From NCBI GenBank assembly GCA_012026655.1, contig JAAILG010000547.1, forward strand, positions 1 to 64,000: a stretch of DNA of 64,000 bases. The letters run 5' to 3'. The stretch's first letter is position 1. Each line of letters starts with the position of its first letter. Shown piece after piece: positions 39,046 to 52,856 of the stretch. Source of the DNA: Hydrolagus affinis. Lineage: Eukaryota. Both the position numbers and the translations under genes were made by a program. The notes beneath the pieces were generated by a model. That model was not told the origin of the DNA. It ran no database searches and was given only the letters and a program-made list of their open reading frames with translations.

Positions 39046-40496
39046 AATTACCCTCTGATTAAAGAAAGCTCAAGCAAGAGCTGGTACGAGGCTGGCAGCC
39101 AGAGGGATTCACGTCTTCTCAAAAATAGATGGAATTCTTTGTTAACTAATTGTTAGTGTCAACAGTGAGAAAAATGGACGTAAAAGATATGTGTTGGTTA
39201 TAACATATGCAATTCTGTGTTCAATTGCTGAACAGTAATATCTAAAAAGCTAAACGCTGACTGCAACTTGGTTTTCAATATCCTACTTTGCAAAAAATGG
39301 AAAATGGGTTATAAAACTCTTAAATACATTTGAGAGGCAAAGGGAGCACACTAAATTAGTTGATTTATTTAATGTTGTAACTGAGCAGTTTGCAGGATTC
39401 TTGTAGGAAAGGAGATAGGGAGAAAGACTATCAAATTTAGGATACAAACCCACATGGATCAGGCTTCTGTCCAGCTTGTTAGTTTTAAAATCCCACCTTT
39501 TTATACAAGTTATGGACATTGACTGCTCACATCAGCAAATATTTTAAACTGAATTGTACAAGAGAAAACATCATCTCCAGAAAAAAAACACACATCAGTA
39601 TTACAGATTCTATTGTCAGCTTGTCTCCCATATGGGAGATGTGCTTGCGCAGGGAATTTCAGTAGCAATTTGAATTAGTGTGCTGAATTATTGAGAAACT
39701 AATTAGGCAAACAGTTCATAACTCGAATAAGCTTGGTTTTCCATATTAATAAATTGTTAACACGTTGACTGTAGCTAGTGTTTGAATCAATGTAAATGAC
39801 AGAACTTTTCGTTGATGAAGCACCAGAAATGAAAAAGAGAACATCAGCCCAGTGCAGTTTTCAAATATTAATGACTGAGTGCTGCTTGGCATAAGACACA
39901 TTGATTGGCCTGTGTCATTATTACAATAATCCATGTGCAACATTAATGTATTTGCTAGTACTGATTTCATCGTGACAATGTGATAAATTTGCAGAAGTCT
40001 ATGTATTAAACCCTTTCGAGGGATTGATGTAAATGATTGATCTTATTTATTAACCCCTTTCCTCGTACACAGTTGTATTTTCTATTCTTTGTCTATCGGG
40101 AATAAAAGCCGTTATTGGACATATGAAGTAATGTCAAGAAAAATAAGCCCCCAAATGACTATGGAACGGCAGAGCGGTTAATGAAGGAATTTTAAGAGTT
40201 CAGCGGTGTAAGCCTTTTTTGCCACATCCGTAATCCTGTGGATCTTATTTTTGGTATTCAGAGAACGGCCTACAATACCTCGATTAACAAATAAACAATT
40301 TGGCCATTTAATATGACGGGTAGAATGTCTCAAAGAACTTGAAAGCAGTCACTGCAACAGTGTTTTGTGGAAGCTGATCTTGTTTAACTGCCCAGCGTTG
40401 CGGAGGATCACCCGAGCTGCACATTTCTGATTCTCTGGCTTCATCTGGTATCTTCTGTGCTGACCGTTTGCAGACCATTCGACAGTCAGATGTTTA

Positions 40497-40598
40497 ATAA
40501 TAACAACAACCCTTGCATTTGATACAGCGCCTTATCAGGTTGTCGAGCACGTCTCAGAGCGCTGTAAAGTGTAGTGACTGTGTTTTTGTGTGGGTGTA
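40497..40598 (-). mobile_element. SINE/L2 3' fragment
   Basis: AATAATAACAACAACCCTTGCATTTGATACAGCGCCTTATCA...TGTAAAGTGTAGTGACTG. Confidence 0.75.
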
Positions 40599-42909
40599 TT
40601 GAGTTAGATATATGGGCATATGTAAAAGTTCAAAATTGATCTTTGAAGTGTCCAATTGTAACAAGCCATGTGAGCAGCCCAGGTTCGTTTTTCTGGCCGA
40701 TAGTTGTAAAGGGATTCCGAATTGAACTCCACCAAAGAGGTGTTAGCAGTCAGAAGAAGAGATCGAAAGATTCTTTGACTCCAATACGAGCACCACAAAC
40801 TGTGGCGTTCCATAGGTAGGCGGGGAGCACCACACCATCGACTGGGCCATCGCTCATCTGTCACGTTTGTGTTAAAATCCATCTCTCTAGGATCGGTCTA
40901 CAAAGCCAAACCAGGAGTGCTTTTGAGCTCGCAGGATGTGAGAAACAGATTTCAAAACATTTCCGTGGCCCCCATTTAAATTGGGAAGGGTTGCAGAACT
41001 GTAAAGTTGCCTGACCTTACAGTTCACTCATCATTTTAATTAATTTCTCTATTAAGTCACAAAGCTCACGGCAAAGCTCTTGCCACGAGACACAAGGAAC
41101 AACCCAGATGTAAATTTCCTGAAATAGATCTACTTTTTTTTAAAATGGGCAGGGGGTGAATCTCCCTTGGAGTATCTATATTGAAATTCACTCGCTCCTC
41201 ATTATAAACCGAGTCCTTGGGAGCCAAGAATCAAACATGTCTGATCGGCAGAGCATTAATGTGTAATTACAATATTTCCTGTGGTGTTCCAGAAATTTTG
41301 CAAGCTCATTTACACAAGGTACAGAATATTGGAGCTGCTTATCTATGTATGGAGACACTTAATCAGGCTATTTCAGAATACTACTGGAATATACTCAAAC
41401 AATTCACATTCGGGGATTTGGATACTTCAGTACATTCACCGTTAATTTATATGCATTGCCAGTGATATGAAGACAAGTGTTCCGAGTGAAGAGCGAGCGC
41501 TAATGCTAGGCTCACCACTGCTGGCAAAACGGGGGTCAAATATTCAAATTGGAGAAGTAAACCTTAGGTTTACCAAATACAGATATTAGCCTTCATTTTA
41601 CCCAATACATTCAATTGAAGTGTTGAGAGGATATTTCAAAGGATTTCCTGCAATTTTTAGTGATGGCATATTTTGTAGACAAACTAAACCCAGAAAGAAA
41701 AGAAAATCACGCTGTGGTGACTGTGTATTTTTGTAGCTGAACATGGCAGCCAATTTACTACCAAACAAATCAACTATTATCTAATTGTTGGCCCAAAAGG
41801 GCTCTAATTCTGGCAAGATTAAAAAAGGAAAATAAGACAAAGGTAAGTTCTGTAAACCTAAACACCACGATCTGCAATACAGGACAGCGGACAAGAGGCA
41901 AATATTCGAATCTCGGAATATATCTGCCTTGATTCTCTTCCCTCCTCCCTTCTCTTCTGTTTTGCAAACACACCACTTCTGAGTGTGCGGCAAAAGTAAA
42001 TGTGCCTCAATAATTTACTTTCTACGAGTTGGTGAAAGGGGAGCTTAATATGCTGCTGAGTATGAAGAATCATAATGAATTGTGCTAAACAAATTAGAAA
42101 ATAATTACCACGTTCTGCCATCCAATTTTGTGATGATCCCACAGAATGTAAGAGTACATGTGTTTGTGTATAGGGAACATGTCACTGATAATAGTTATGA
42201 AAAATGCGCTCAACCGGGGATGATTTCTTAGTTTCCAATATAATGAGTACGTTGAAATATGCAAATGTTCTACTCATGCAGATATATTGTTGTCAGCCTC
42301 AAATGGTTAACTTATATACAGTATATTTTTTAAAAGTAAAATGTCACGGTGGAAAATGGAATCTAACCCGTGCTCCTGAAGAAGGAAAATAAGCAAGTTT
42401 CTTTCTGAATAAGATATTTCTAACCATGATAGGAGGAATTGGATGGAAGCGTCCGCAAGTGCATTAATATCCCAGTTCAAGTGTGAGGACAAATCTCTTT
42501 GCTGATCGTTTGGTTTATCTACTGGTACAGACCCTGGCGCTAGTCATTGAGGGTAAGGCGACAGAGCCCATGTTAAAAAACGAGCTTGCACTGTGTGAAA
42601 TGCTTGCTGAATCTACCAGGGTGACTGTGAATTCGTTGAAATTGAAAGGCTGAGTAAGTAAGTGTTTTTGATTTGGACAATGATACAATGAATGACCAAG
42701 CAAGGAAATGAGCAGGAAACATAATGTAAACATTTGCAAGGGTCTCAAAATTCACATGTTCTTTTCTGAGCTGATCTCATGCAGCTCATTTGGAGATGTT
42801 TTCATGAGGGGGGACTCTCTATAAACATACAAATGTGTCAACCTCTCTGCTTTTGAAAACATTTGTCATGCTGAAATCTTTCTGCATTCAGATACCAACG
42901 TGGCACAGA

Positions 42910-42992
42910 CACTCCACAATATATTCTGTAAAGCAATTTGAGGCCTCTCAATGACTTGATAAGGCGCCATATCAAATGCAAGCATTATTATC
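42910..42992 (+). mobile_element. SINE 3' fragment
   Basis: ATATATTCTGTAAAGC...GATAAGGCGCCATATCAAATGCAAGCATTATT. Confidence 0.75.
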
Positions 42993-43619
42993 AGCTGAGG
43001 CCTGATATTTTCTTTGCCTGAGGTGACAGTAAAGATGGTGAGTTCTTGTAGATGAAATAAACTAGTCGCACATTTTTATTTATTAAAACTGCAAAATAAA
43101 ACCTTTGTTATCTTTGTGACTGACATGCGGCTGCCACACTAGGGATCGCTGTGATTCTAGCCTCCTACAGTGAATTGCAATGAAGCTGTCATCAAACGGA
43201 ACACATTAACATTTGGGTACTGAGGACTGCAACTGTGCAATATTACACACGACAGCAGTTAAACTAATCATTAAGCGGCGATGAGCAAAGACTTTCCACC
43301 TTCAGTGCTCAATGGGCATGGTATGAGGCTATAGATGCCAAGCCACAGAGCAAGTTGATCGCAAAAGGAGCTATTAAAGTTAAGATGGGTAAAGCAATAC
43401 ATAATGAGTTGCAAGGTAATGAGAACGAGATCGGAGGGAAAAATTACCTTTCAGTTAAAAGCAGAAAAAGGAGTGACTTTGACTTCACAAGCAGCTGTGA
43501 TCAGATCTCCTGTAGGAAACAGAACAATGGCGCAAGCTAGATTCAGTTCACTCTGATCAGGTATATCCAGGGGAGTCCTATATATTGGGCAACAGCCTTG
43601 AACTTCCTTTGAACTCATC

Positions 43620-43680
43620 AATAACAAAATTACGTTTGTAGAATGCCTTTCGCATCGGGAGGACGTCCCATGGCACTCAT
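43620..43680 (-). mobile_element. L2 tail fragment
   Basis: AACAAAATTAC...GCCTTTCGCATCGGGAGGACGTCCCATGGCAC. Confidence 0.7.
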
Positions 43681-46095
43681 CAGAGATTGGAATAAGTACA
43701 ACTATTTTTCTTGATGTTTCTCTGTAAATAGCAGCAATTCAACCCAATCCCAACTCATCAACATTCCCTCTGGTAGTTATTCTCCAACCCTCGAGAAAGG
43801 TGGATGACTTCTTAAAATACGAGTTGGCATTCCTCCTCACACAAGGCCGTGGCAACCTCCCACCAATCCCCATGAGGGTAAAAAGCAATTGGAGGGAAAT
43901 TCTTACATGCAAACAATCGCCTGGAGATATTAAAAGTGATTATTAATAAAACCAAATCTTATCTAACATGATCTTAATGAGATCCCAACCAGTTCAGAAT
44001 TGTTTAAACCAAGTTTTGAAGTTGCATTAATATCAATTTCAATCCAAATTATTGTAGCATTTCAAGATGAATCTCGTCTTCTGACAATAAGGATTAAAAT
44101 GATTCAAGAGGGCACTAGCCGTTCCTAAACTGAGGCATGCTAACCTTTGCCTAAAATAATTTTTTCAATTAAAAATAAATTGCTTTGTGAAAATTGTAGC
44201 GTCATCTATAGATATGAAAGATTAAAGATGACAACAGCCCCGCTCACAACACACAATACCATATCCCGGTTGCAAATTTGTACCCACCTCGCATAAATCC
44301 TTAACATATTTGCATACCTCTAAGGAATCATGAGGGCAAATCGGAAAGCTGATTAAATATTCATAAGGGAAAGTTGAGGATCTGTCAAACTACAATTGAA
44401 TTTGATTATGGGCAGAATGGGCAAGGCAGTTACTTATAAACTGGTGAGAATTGTACAGGATTGTACCATTATGAGCTGAGGAGCAGATTGAGTTTTTATG
44501 TCAGACGTGTAAAGATACATAGATGTATTTACATCCCTGAATATATTTGTTCCACTTCAGCACAAAAACACACATCTTGTGTCTCCACTTTTTCCCATAA
44601 CCTATGTTTTAGCGTTTCTGACTTAGGACTCAGTGTTTTCTTAACATGTTTCGTTTAAATAAAATCAAAAACGGAATGCTTTTTGTATTGTTCAGAAAAA
44701 CCCTAAAAGAGCATTTTCGCCTGTTCTGTTCCCAAAGGGAAAGTGAAACATCTGTGACTTGTAAGCATCTCATGCTTGTACCCTCTGGGACACAGGAGTA
44801 CATTGATGAAACCCTTCGAGAGAAGTAGAACAATATGGTTAATCCCAGAGAGAATGTGAAGCAGTGTGCCAAAAGCAATGGGCTCCTTAGAGAAGCCAGT
44901 TTGTGTCATAAAATTCTAGGTGGAAAACCTTGTTCATAGACACTAGAGTTGGAATCACACGCAAGCTTACCTTGTTCTGAAATATTTACAATTAAGATTG
45001 CATTCGAGATGTTGAATAAAGCAAAGAGACTTAGAATATTTTCAATTATAGCTCAGGTACACTTCAGTCCGGTACTCTTAAACCTGACAATGCACAAAAT
45101 CATGTGGGAGAGAGTTGCAGCACAAGGCAATCATTTAATCAAAGCATCTGGATGATATCATAAACAACAAAAAATCACAGATCAAATGCTTTGTGAGTGA
45201 CACTTGCGCTCTTCTTCAAGTTAACGCCATTTTCAGTGCTGTCTAACATTTTATGTAATAGACATACTTGAGCTCAATAAAACAAAACCACTTTGATGTG
45301 GTGCTGTAATGCTATTGACTGACTGTTGCTGCCACGTAATTCACAAGACAGCAGAATATTCAAGACCTGTGCCTATTCTGCTCGTGAATTACCCGGCCTG
45401 CTTCACATGTAAAAATACATCTTGGAAATGGTCCCCACCACCACCATCCATAACAAGCAACGCTTTGTGACGCGTATTCAAAAAGGGAGAATAACATTGA
45501 AATAGATACTGTTGTATTCTGAGCTGTTTCCTGGTGTGAAATTGTACATTTGCTGTCACACTGGTGGAATATTCATATTTTTTCAGGAATTCCCTACATA
45601 TTTTCTTATGCAAGTGAAATAAAAAGGAATTATTTTGCGGAAGTCCATTCCCCCTCTTTCTCATATTACAGGTTACCCTCCAAGACCTTTGATTCACCCC
45701 CATTTCTGACATTTTCAAGCTTTGAATCAAGGATCCACGTCTCCACTGAATCCCCCCTACTTTCCTTGTGAGGCTTCTAACAGCTGTTTGCCTGAAGTCC
45801 CTGATTACATGGATTCCCAATCTAAATGATGTTAATTTTGGTGGCACTGACACAGCCAATGACAGGAATAACGTTCAATAATAAAACATTATTTAAATGA
45901 GACTGGACTGTCCCTTCCGATTTCACAGGGTGAAGCTGAAATGACTCAGAGATTACATAAATTTTGAAACAGCTACTCGGGTTGTCGACAAATGCTCACA
46001 AAAGGCCCCCATTCACCATCAGCTACCAATCACTTCAGTCAACCTTCTCATCATGAGGAAAGCTTAAAATAAAGACAGAAAAGCATTTAGTGGAA

Positions 46096-46299
46096 CAAAA
46101 ACTGAAATCGCTGGGAACACCCCAAAATCTCGAAAACGACCCTTTGTTGAAGGTTCAGTTCTGACGAAGGGTCGTGGACCCAAAGCATTGACTCACTTTT
46201 CCTTTCTCCATAGATGCTGCCTGACCCGCTGAGTGTTCCCAGCGACTTCTGTTTTTTTTTCAGATTTCCAGCATTAATTTGCAGTATTTTGCATTTTTG
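46096..46299. mobile_element. Palindromic Penelope-like miniature element, copy 2, with TSD
   Basis: Minus arm (CAAAAACTGAAATCGCTGGGAACAC...ACGACCCTTTGTTGAA) head-to-head with plus arm (CAGTTCTGACGAAGGGTCGTGGACCC...GTGTTCCCAGCGACTTCTGTTTT); flanks AAGCATTTAGTGGAA (46081-46095) and AAACATTTAGTGAAA (46300-46314) match 13/15. Confidence 0.75.
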
Positions 46300-48178
46300 A
46301 AACATTTAGTGAAAGTTGGTTATGAGGTTCTCCATAAATGGAATTTGGTCACAATATAATACACAGTGACTGACATTTGTAACTTATTAAGCTTCCTATA
46401 GCCATGTATAAGATAGGCTGCATTGAAGTGTTTCGGAGAGGGAAAGCGAGGGCTCAGAATTATATGAATGTGCGAGAATTTAGATAAGGAATAGAACTGT
46501 AGGAGCAAAGCGAATACAGTAAAAGCTCCATAAACTCCCTGCATTTGCTTATACAATCTCATGCTGTACTCGTTTGAGAAATAGCTTGATTTTGTGTTGG
46601 GGGCAGGGGTGGAATGATTGACTGGAGGATCTGGAAGGATGAGTTCAAATACATCAAAGGATGCAACTTTTTCAGTTGAATCTCTGTGATTTTGTAATGT
46701 GCCTTTTTAAAATGCTGCAGAATCTAGCGTGCCACTAATCAAATCTAACTTAAATGAACCTTTAAGACTCAATACTGCATGGCAGAACTCGAAATGTAAT
46801 TAGAACAACTAATTTTGAGTTTCAGTGTGAGCCTTGCATTAGCTGGCGAATCTCTGAGTATAAACTGCAGTTCCACTGCTGGGTGCTGCAGGGGAGTTTT
46901 TGTTTCTTAAAAGCACCAGATTACTGCATCAAATTAGAAAAATAGCAATCTTACAATGAAAAGAAACAATTGCATAAGGAACAGGTTAAAGTAGGTCTGA
47001 CTGGCTGAATTATTTATTCTGATTACGTCGAATTTTGTAAAATTCAGAAGGACAGCCACATTGGAATAATGCACAGCACAATTTTGAGCTCCGTCAGTTA
47101 CTCAGAAAGCATATTACTCTGACACAGAACACTAATACAGCCAGACTTCAAGTCAGCATGACTAACCTGTTGACAGTTTCCATTTCACAAGGAAATGTCA
47201 GACAGGAAAATTTCATTGCATTTGATCCACTGGTTTTTTCTCTGAAGCTGTCGCATCTGACAGCTGTATATATAATTGTTTCCCAATTTTAAGGAATGAT
47301 TTTGATCTTTTATCATGCTCTTCTCAGTCCACACGATCAAATCATAATGCTGCAACTAATTTCAAGTTTTATTCCCGCAGAAAAGCAATGGTTGTCAGTA
47401 TTCATTAGAGTGAATGATAACACTAAACTGGGGAATGGAGTATTCTCCAGAGAGTATTATGATATTACAAAGCAAATTTACTGTGGGTATATTGAAGGCT
47501 ACTGCAAGTGCTGTGTACCAAACTGATAAGTTAATGTAATCCATTTCATATCAGTTTGCACAACTTGGGTCTCTCAAAATTGCATTTATCGCCTATTTAC
47601 AAATTGAGTAAATTCAGAATTAAAAACGTTTCTGTTTGCAAATTCACCCTAAAAGTGACGGTACTGCTGTATTCAAAATAGCGAGAGTCAAAGTTTTAAA
47701 TCAAACTGATCTTTTATACATAGAGTATGAAGCTTTCATGACAATAAGACACTCGGGTGAAAAATGTAGCATTTTTGACTGAAATAAAACAATTTACCGT
47801 AGTCCAGTTGAGAGGGAAGACTGGAATCCAACAAGCAATTATCAGAATTTGTTAGAGTAATAACAATGCAAGTCAGACATGTGTATACTAGCCACTGAGA
47901 TACAGATATCCCTCCCATCCATTCCCCTAGGGACCCTGCTTACCTCTCTTGCAAAGATAGTGTCCCCTTGTTGATCATTAAATGTGGTATATTGAACATC
48001 TATTATTCACCATGTAAATAAACCCACTGAAACACTTAACCATCTACAATAAATTCTGGGCCTTTTGTCAAATTTGCTCTAGTGAGAATTTACCATAATT
48101 CCCTCTAGAGTGACTCTGAAACTCATTTTGAAATGTGAACTGGGGCTAATTCGCTGTGGCTCTTAACAGTCAACATTA

Positions 48179-48726
48179 ATTTCCTTTCCAAGAACTGGAT
48201 TTAAACAAAAAACCTCTGGAAGTCCACAAAGAGTGTTGGATAAGCCGGTGACACGTTTTGTCCACAATCTGACTCTTTTTAATCTATTTTAGGAAGGTGT
48301 TCTAAAAAGATAAACATTTTACTGAAGCAACAAAAGCCCTGCTATTAAAATCGATCACGGTCACATTGAAGAATTTATGACATGCAATAATAGATGAAAA
48401 GATAATTTCTGCAAATAGGATATTAGTTAGATGAGTTCTAGTCCAGAAAAAGCGGTAATGGCATCAAGATACAGTGCGTAAGATATTGATTTACGCACTG
48501 AAATTAGGCCAAGATACACAGGTTCACAAATATAGCAACTTTACTAGATTTCACTTTATTTAAGCATCTCAAAACATATTTATCAGAGATCGGCATAGTT
48601 GCAATCAAATAAGAGTTATTTTTGAGTGACACAATGATGTAGCACCTAGTTGTCCAGATGCACTTTCCTTAACAATGGTAGAAAAAGGGATTTCCTTTCC
48701 AAGAACTGGATTTAAACAAAAAACCT
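48179..48726 (+). repeat. 37-bp perfect direct repeat pair (48179-48215, 48690-48726)
   Basis: ATTTCCTTTCCAAGAACTGGATTTAAACAAAAAACCT read twice. Confidence 0.92.
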
Positions 48727-50929
48727 GGTTCTAACATGGTTCAGGTTCAGCAGTTAATTTCTGTCAACAGCCATGTCAACATCAGTCGGTGGTAGACATC
48801 TGGGAAGAGGCTGGAGCTAGTCAGTATACAATGCATGGCTTGAAGGACCCAGTCATCTGAGCAAGGGAGACAAGATCCTGGCACAAAATCAAAGACATTC
48901 ATTCTGTGATGTCTAGGAACCGAGAAGTGAACTGGAATCACTCGGCCAGCAAATGAAATGGAGCGTAGCAATGGGGGATTAAGGAACGCACAAAAATCCC
49001 TGCAATTGTGTAAGTGGATGCATGTGGGGGAAGTGGGTGAGCAGTTGTATGTTGTGTGTATTTGTGTGACTGTGTGCGTTGGGGTGGGGGGTTGGAAAGG
49101 AAGAAGATGTGTTCGTGGGTCAACTGCTAATGTTGAAAGCTTCATTCTTGATGCTGTGCTCGTTTCACCGTTCTCTTCCCACGACATCCATAGTGGGTCT
49201 ACTGTATTTCGTTTTGCTGGGAACAAAAATGGTTTATCTCGTATGATTTCCGACAATGACAATGTGCATAAAGCGAACACGGTTTAATAAAAGTTTTAAA
49301 GATTTGTTTTTCCAAAAGAATTCACATTAAGTTCTCCAGCTGGAACTTCATTCCTTCGTAAGACGGATGATCTAACCAAATTTCCACCACTATTTTGATC
49401 TATGGGGAAAATACTTATTGATTAGAGACTGGCCAAAGAAATGTATGGATGAAAGATGTATCATTCCTTGGAAACTGATTCCTTGCAGTCCATTTTCTGG
49501 TTATGAACACTGCGAGCAATGATTAATAACCTTCAGTCTTGCCCTCAATACAGCTCGTAAGGGAATTGCATTCCTCTTGTGACTACCATTGGGACTTCAT
49601 AATGGTCAGTACAAACCCAGAATAGAAAAGACAAACACGATTTCAGGATATTTTCACGTCTGCTATTGAGCCGAATAATAAAAGTATACAGGAGTGAGTC
49701 ATTGCTGTGAATATCAACCGCAATCTGTAATCTGATTACCAAGGGCCGCACGAGCTTTCAACATGAAAGATTCATAGCACTGAACAAACTTGCACCATGG
49801 AAGGCGCAGCTGAAGGAACAGAGGGCAATGAAGTTACCACACTGTCCAAGATGAAAGCGATTCAGGCTGTGTTTGGACAAACAGAGTAAGGAAAAAAGAA
49901 AGTTTCTTAAAAAGGCCAGGCTGAACTCCACTGATCTTTGCAGACAATTGGATCCAATTTAACATGATTCCTTTTTACAGGGATTTTACCTCATTTTATT
50001 CCATGTCCAAAGTCCATGGGTGGAGTCGGTTGTAGAATATTTACATTTGGGCTCGAAATAGGTTCAGAATTTTTAAGTGTACATCTACTTCTTTCAGAAG
50101 TTCCTTGGTACAGAACCTTTGCAATTGCACATGCACTCTATTTTACAGCAGTGAATGGAAAATGGTTGGAGTACAGTGGAAATCCACACAAGGATCAGAA
50201 TTATATACTGATGAAGTGGTACAATTCTGAGGATTTGACAATGCATAAAAATAACAGATTCTGAATTTTTAATGCAGGCTGCATTTACCTTGAATTAGTA
50301 AGCACTCTAAGCAGGAAGATAAAGATGCAAATGAATTTACAGGAATATACTTTATGGACATTTTCAGGGACAATAAAATCTGCCAAGCCATATTTTAAAG
50401 GGCAGACAATTGCCTGTAGAGAACCTTTTCTGATATGACCTTCGAGTCACAAGCTCTTTCAGAAAATTATATTAAGGATTACGACATGTATTATTATGGG
50501 ATTAGAATATCAATTAATTCATTCAGTCAAAAATGGGAAATTTAATACACTTGTGCTACAGAATGATCTCTACAATCCATTATTTTTTTCCTAAATCTCC
50601 TTTCCCTGAATGGTTCTAACAATTATTCTTAACAATAGGGAAGATCATCTCATAGGTGACAATACATTTCATTGTTTGGAAAGTTGCCTGTCCTTACTGG
50701 GTCTTCTTTTGCAAAGATGACATGAAATTCTGTTTTGTATTACTGGTCTCATTATCTGGGGATTTTGCTCCACACACTGGATTGCTTGTATAGACTGTAT
50801 ACACTTGTTCAAATAGCAGATGTACACAAGTGCCAATAACGGCCCAATAAATGATTAATCGCTGAGCAATGAATGCTATTTCATTCAGTTTATAATACTT
50901 CAGGATTCCATTTTAACCATTCATGCATC

Positions 50930-51045
50930 TAAAAATACAGTCACTACACACTACACATTGTGAAGGGCTTTGAGACTTACTCCAATGTGAATGGCGCTAA
51001 ATCAAATACAAGGATTATTAATTATCATAATAATAATAATTATTA
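50930..51045 (+). mobile_element. SINE 3' fragment
   Basis: AAATACAGTCAC...TGTGAAGGGCTTTGAGAC...GGCGCTAAATCAAATACAAGGATTATT. Confidence 0.75.
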
Positions 51046-51789
51046 TTGGTGCTCAAGCAGAATTCATTTGATAGTGATGAAAACTTGTATTGCTCAAGAT
51101 CTTCATTTTAAATTAATTTGCTTTTGCCAACACACAAATTAGCACCTCAGGTATTGGTTCTCTTCGTGTCCTTACAAAGAAAGGTTAGGTACGAGGACAT
51201 TTAAATACAGTATAAACATTCTTTGTGACGATAACTAAATCTATCCGTTTTTACAAAATCAAATAGTTACTCTAAACAAGTTTGCAGACTTGATAATATT
51301 GACAATTAATCTTTTGAAATTTCTTAAACAGATTTGAATGTAGTACCAGGGCATCAGGTGGCAAAAGAAGAACAATAAATTTAGATAGATCTTGCAGAAT
51401 TTACTCTGTTAACGTTTATTTTTGACATACGACATGGAAAATGATTGGAAATTGCATAGCAGAGCTAATAGCCAATGTAAACACTGAAGTGAACTGACAA
51501 ACATCACCATGGAAAGTGTGCTTGATTTAGTCTGAGATGATTTGTCTAATCAGGACCTCCACAAAACTGAAAACAAAATAAATTGCAATGAAACCAAATC
51601 AATGCAATGCTTCTGGTCTGTTTGACAGTCATAACAGAAAAAGAAATGAGTGAAGTCTGAGACAATCCAGAGTGAATGTGCAAGGCTGATATTTCAGATC
51701 GTCTTGTGAAGAAAAACGTCGGCTAGCGTTGTCAAAATTGCAATATTCATGCTGCAAACATTTGGAAATGCCGGCAAAATGGAGAGGTG

Positions 51790-51882
51790 GATTCTTGGCC
51801 AGGACACTGAGAAAAACTCCTTTCTCTTCGAGTAGTGCCTTGGGATCTCAAATGTCCACCTGAACAGGGAGATGGAATCCAA
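51790..51882 (-). mobile_element. Deu-domain SINE core fragment
   Basis: TTGGCCAGGACACTGAGAAAAACTCCTTTCTCTTCGAGTAGTGCCTTGGGATCT...GTCCACCTGAACAGG. Confidence 0.7.
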
Positions 51883-52446
51883 GCGACTATATTATATTCT
51901 TATGTTATTTTAAATAAATGATGAAAATTAAACAATATTTCAAAGAAAGATGCCCGAAAGCCTGCTGCATCATATTACCATTACTTGGAACTATTTGTGA
52001 TGCCGTGAACAGCACAATTCAGCTCAGTAACAAGTGCTCAGCTGTACTATAATGGCATCAGTTTTCTCTTGAGATTTCTGGGGCACAAATCTAGTGGCTC
52101 TATCTTCAATAAATCAGTGCGATAATAGGGAAAATAGGCTCCAAATTATATTGTGTAACTGTTTGACAATTTTTCCAGGAAAGTGCTCAACTCCTATCAG
52201 TTCCCTGTTAGTACAAGAAACATAGCACAGAGCAACAGCCTCTTAAACGCTAATCTTATAGTTCCTCAAAGGATCTCTCTGCTTCTGTGAAACGAAAAGT
52301 GAAATAGTGTTTGCTTGTTGCCCTCCACATGCTGCTGTCGTGGTTAGTTGTACATTAAATCAATGCATTGAATTACCTTGCTACAAGCCGCTAGGGTAAC
52401 CAATACTTCTAACAAAGGTAGAGTGAAGCGCCAAATCAGATAAGAG

Positions 52447-52505
52447 TAACAGCAACAACATTACATAGCGGCTCTCACGTTAGGAGGATGTCCCAGGGCG
52501 CTTCC
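52447..52505 (-). mobile_element. L2 tail fragment
   Basis: AACAGCAACAAC...ATAGCGGCTCTCACGTTAGGAGGATGTCCCAGGGCGCT. Confidence 0.65.
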
Positions 52506-52856
52506 GAGTAAACACTTTAATCACAGTTACCAGTCCCATGGGAAAGGGACTCTTCCCAGTCAGCTCTTGTTATCTCTGAAAGCCAAAGACCTGATAGGTA
52601 GAGTGGTCCTCACTGGACAAGTAGTGGGAAAGCTAACTAGGCAATGCTCTCATTGAGAATCTATGTGGTTTTAGCCTCCAGCAGTACCCCCATTGGATCT
52701 TCTTAGGGTCCCCAAGCCATGGCAATTTGTCAACCTGCACCCAATACTTTCTGGGGGAGCGCTACGTTGTTGGAGGAGCCCAATTTTAACAGTATCTTCA
52801 TTGGCAGAACATTCTCACGAACCTAAGAGTCACGTTTCATTTATAGTTGTGTATAA

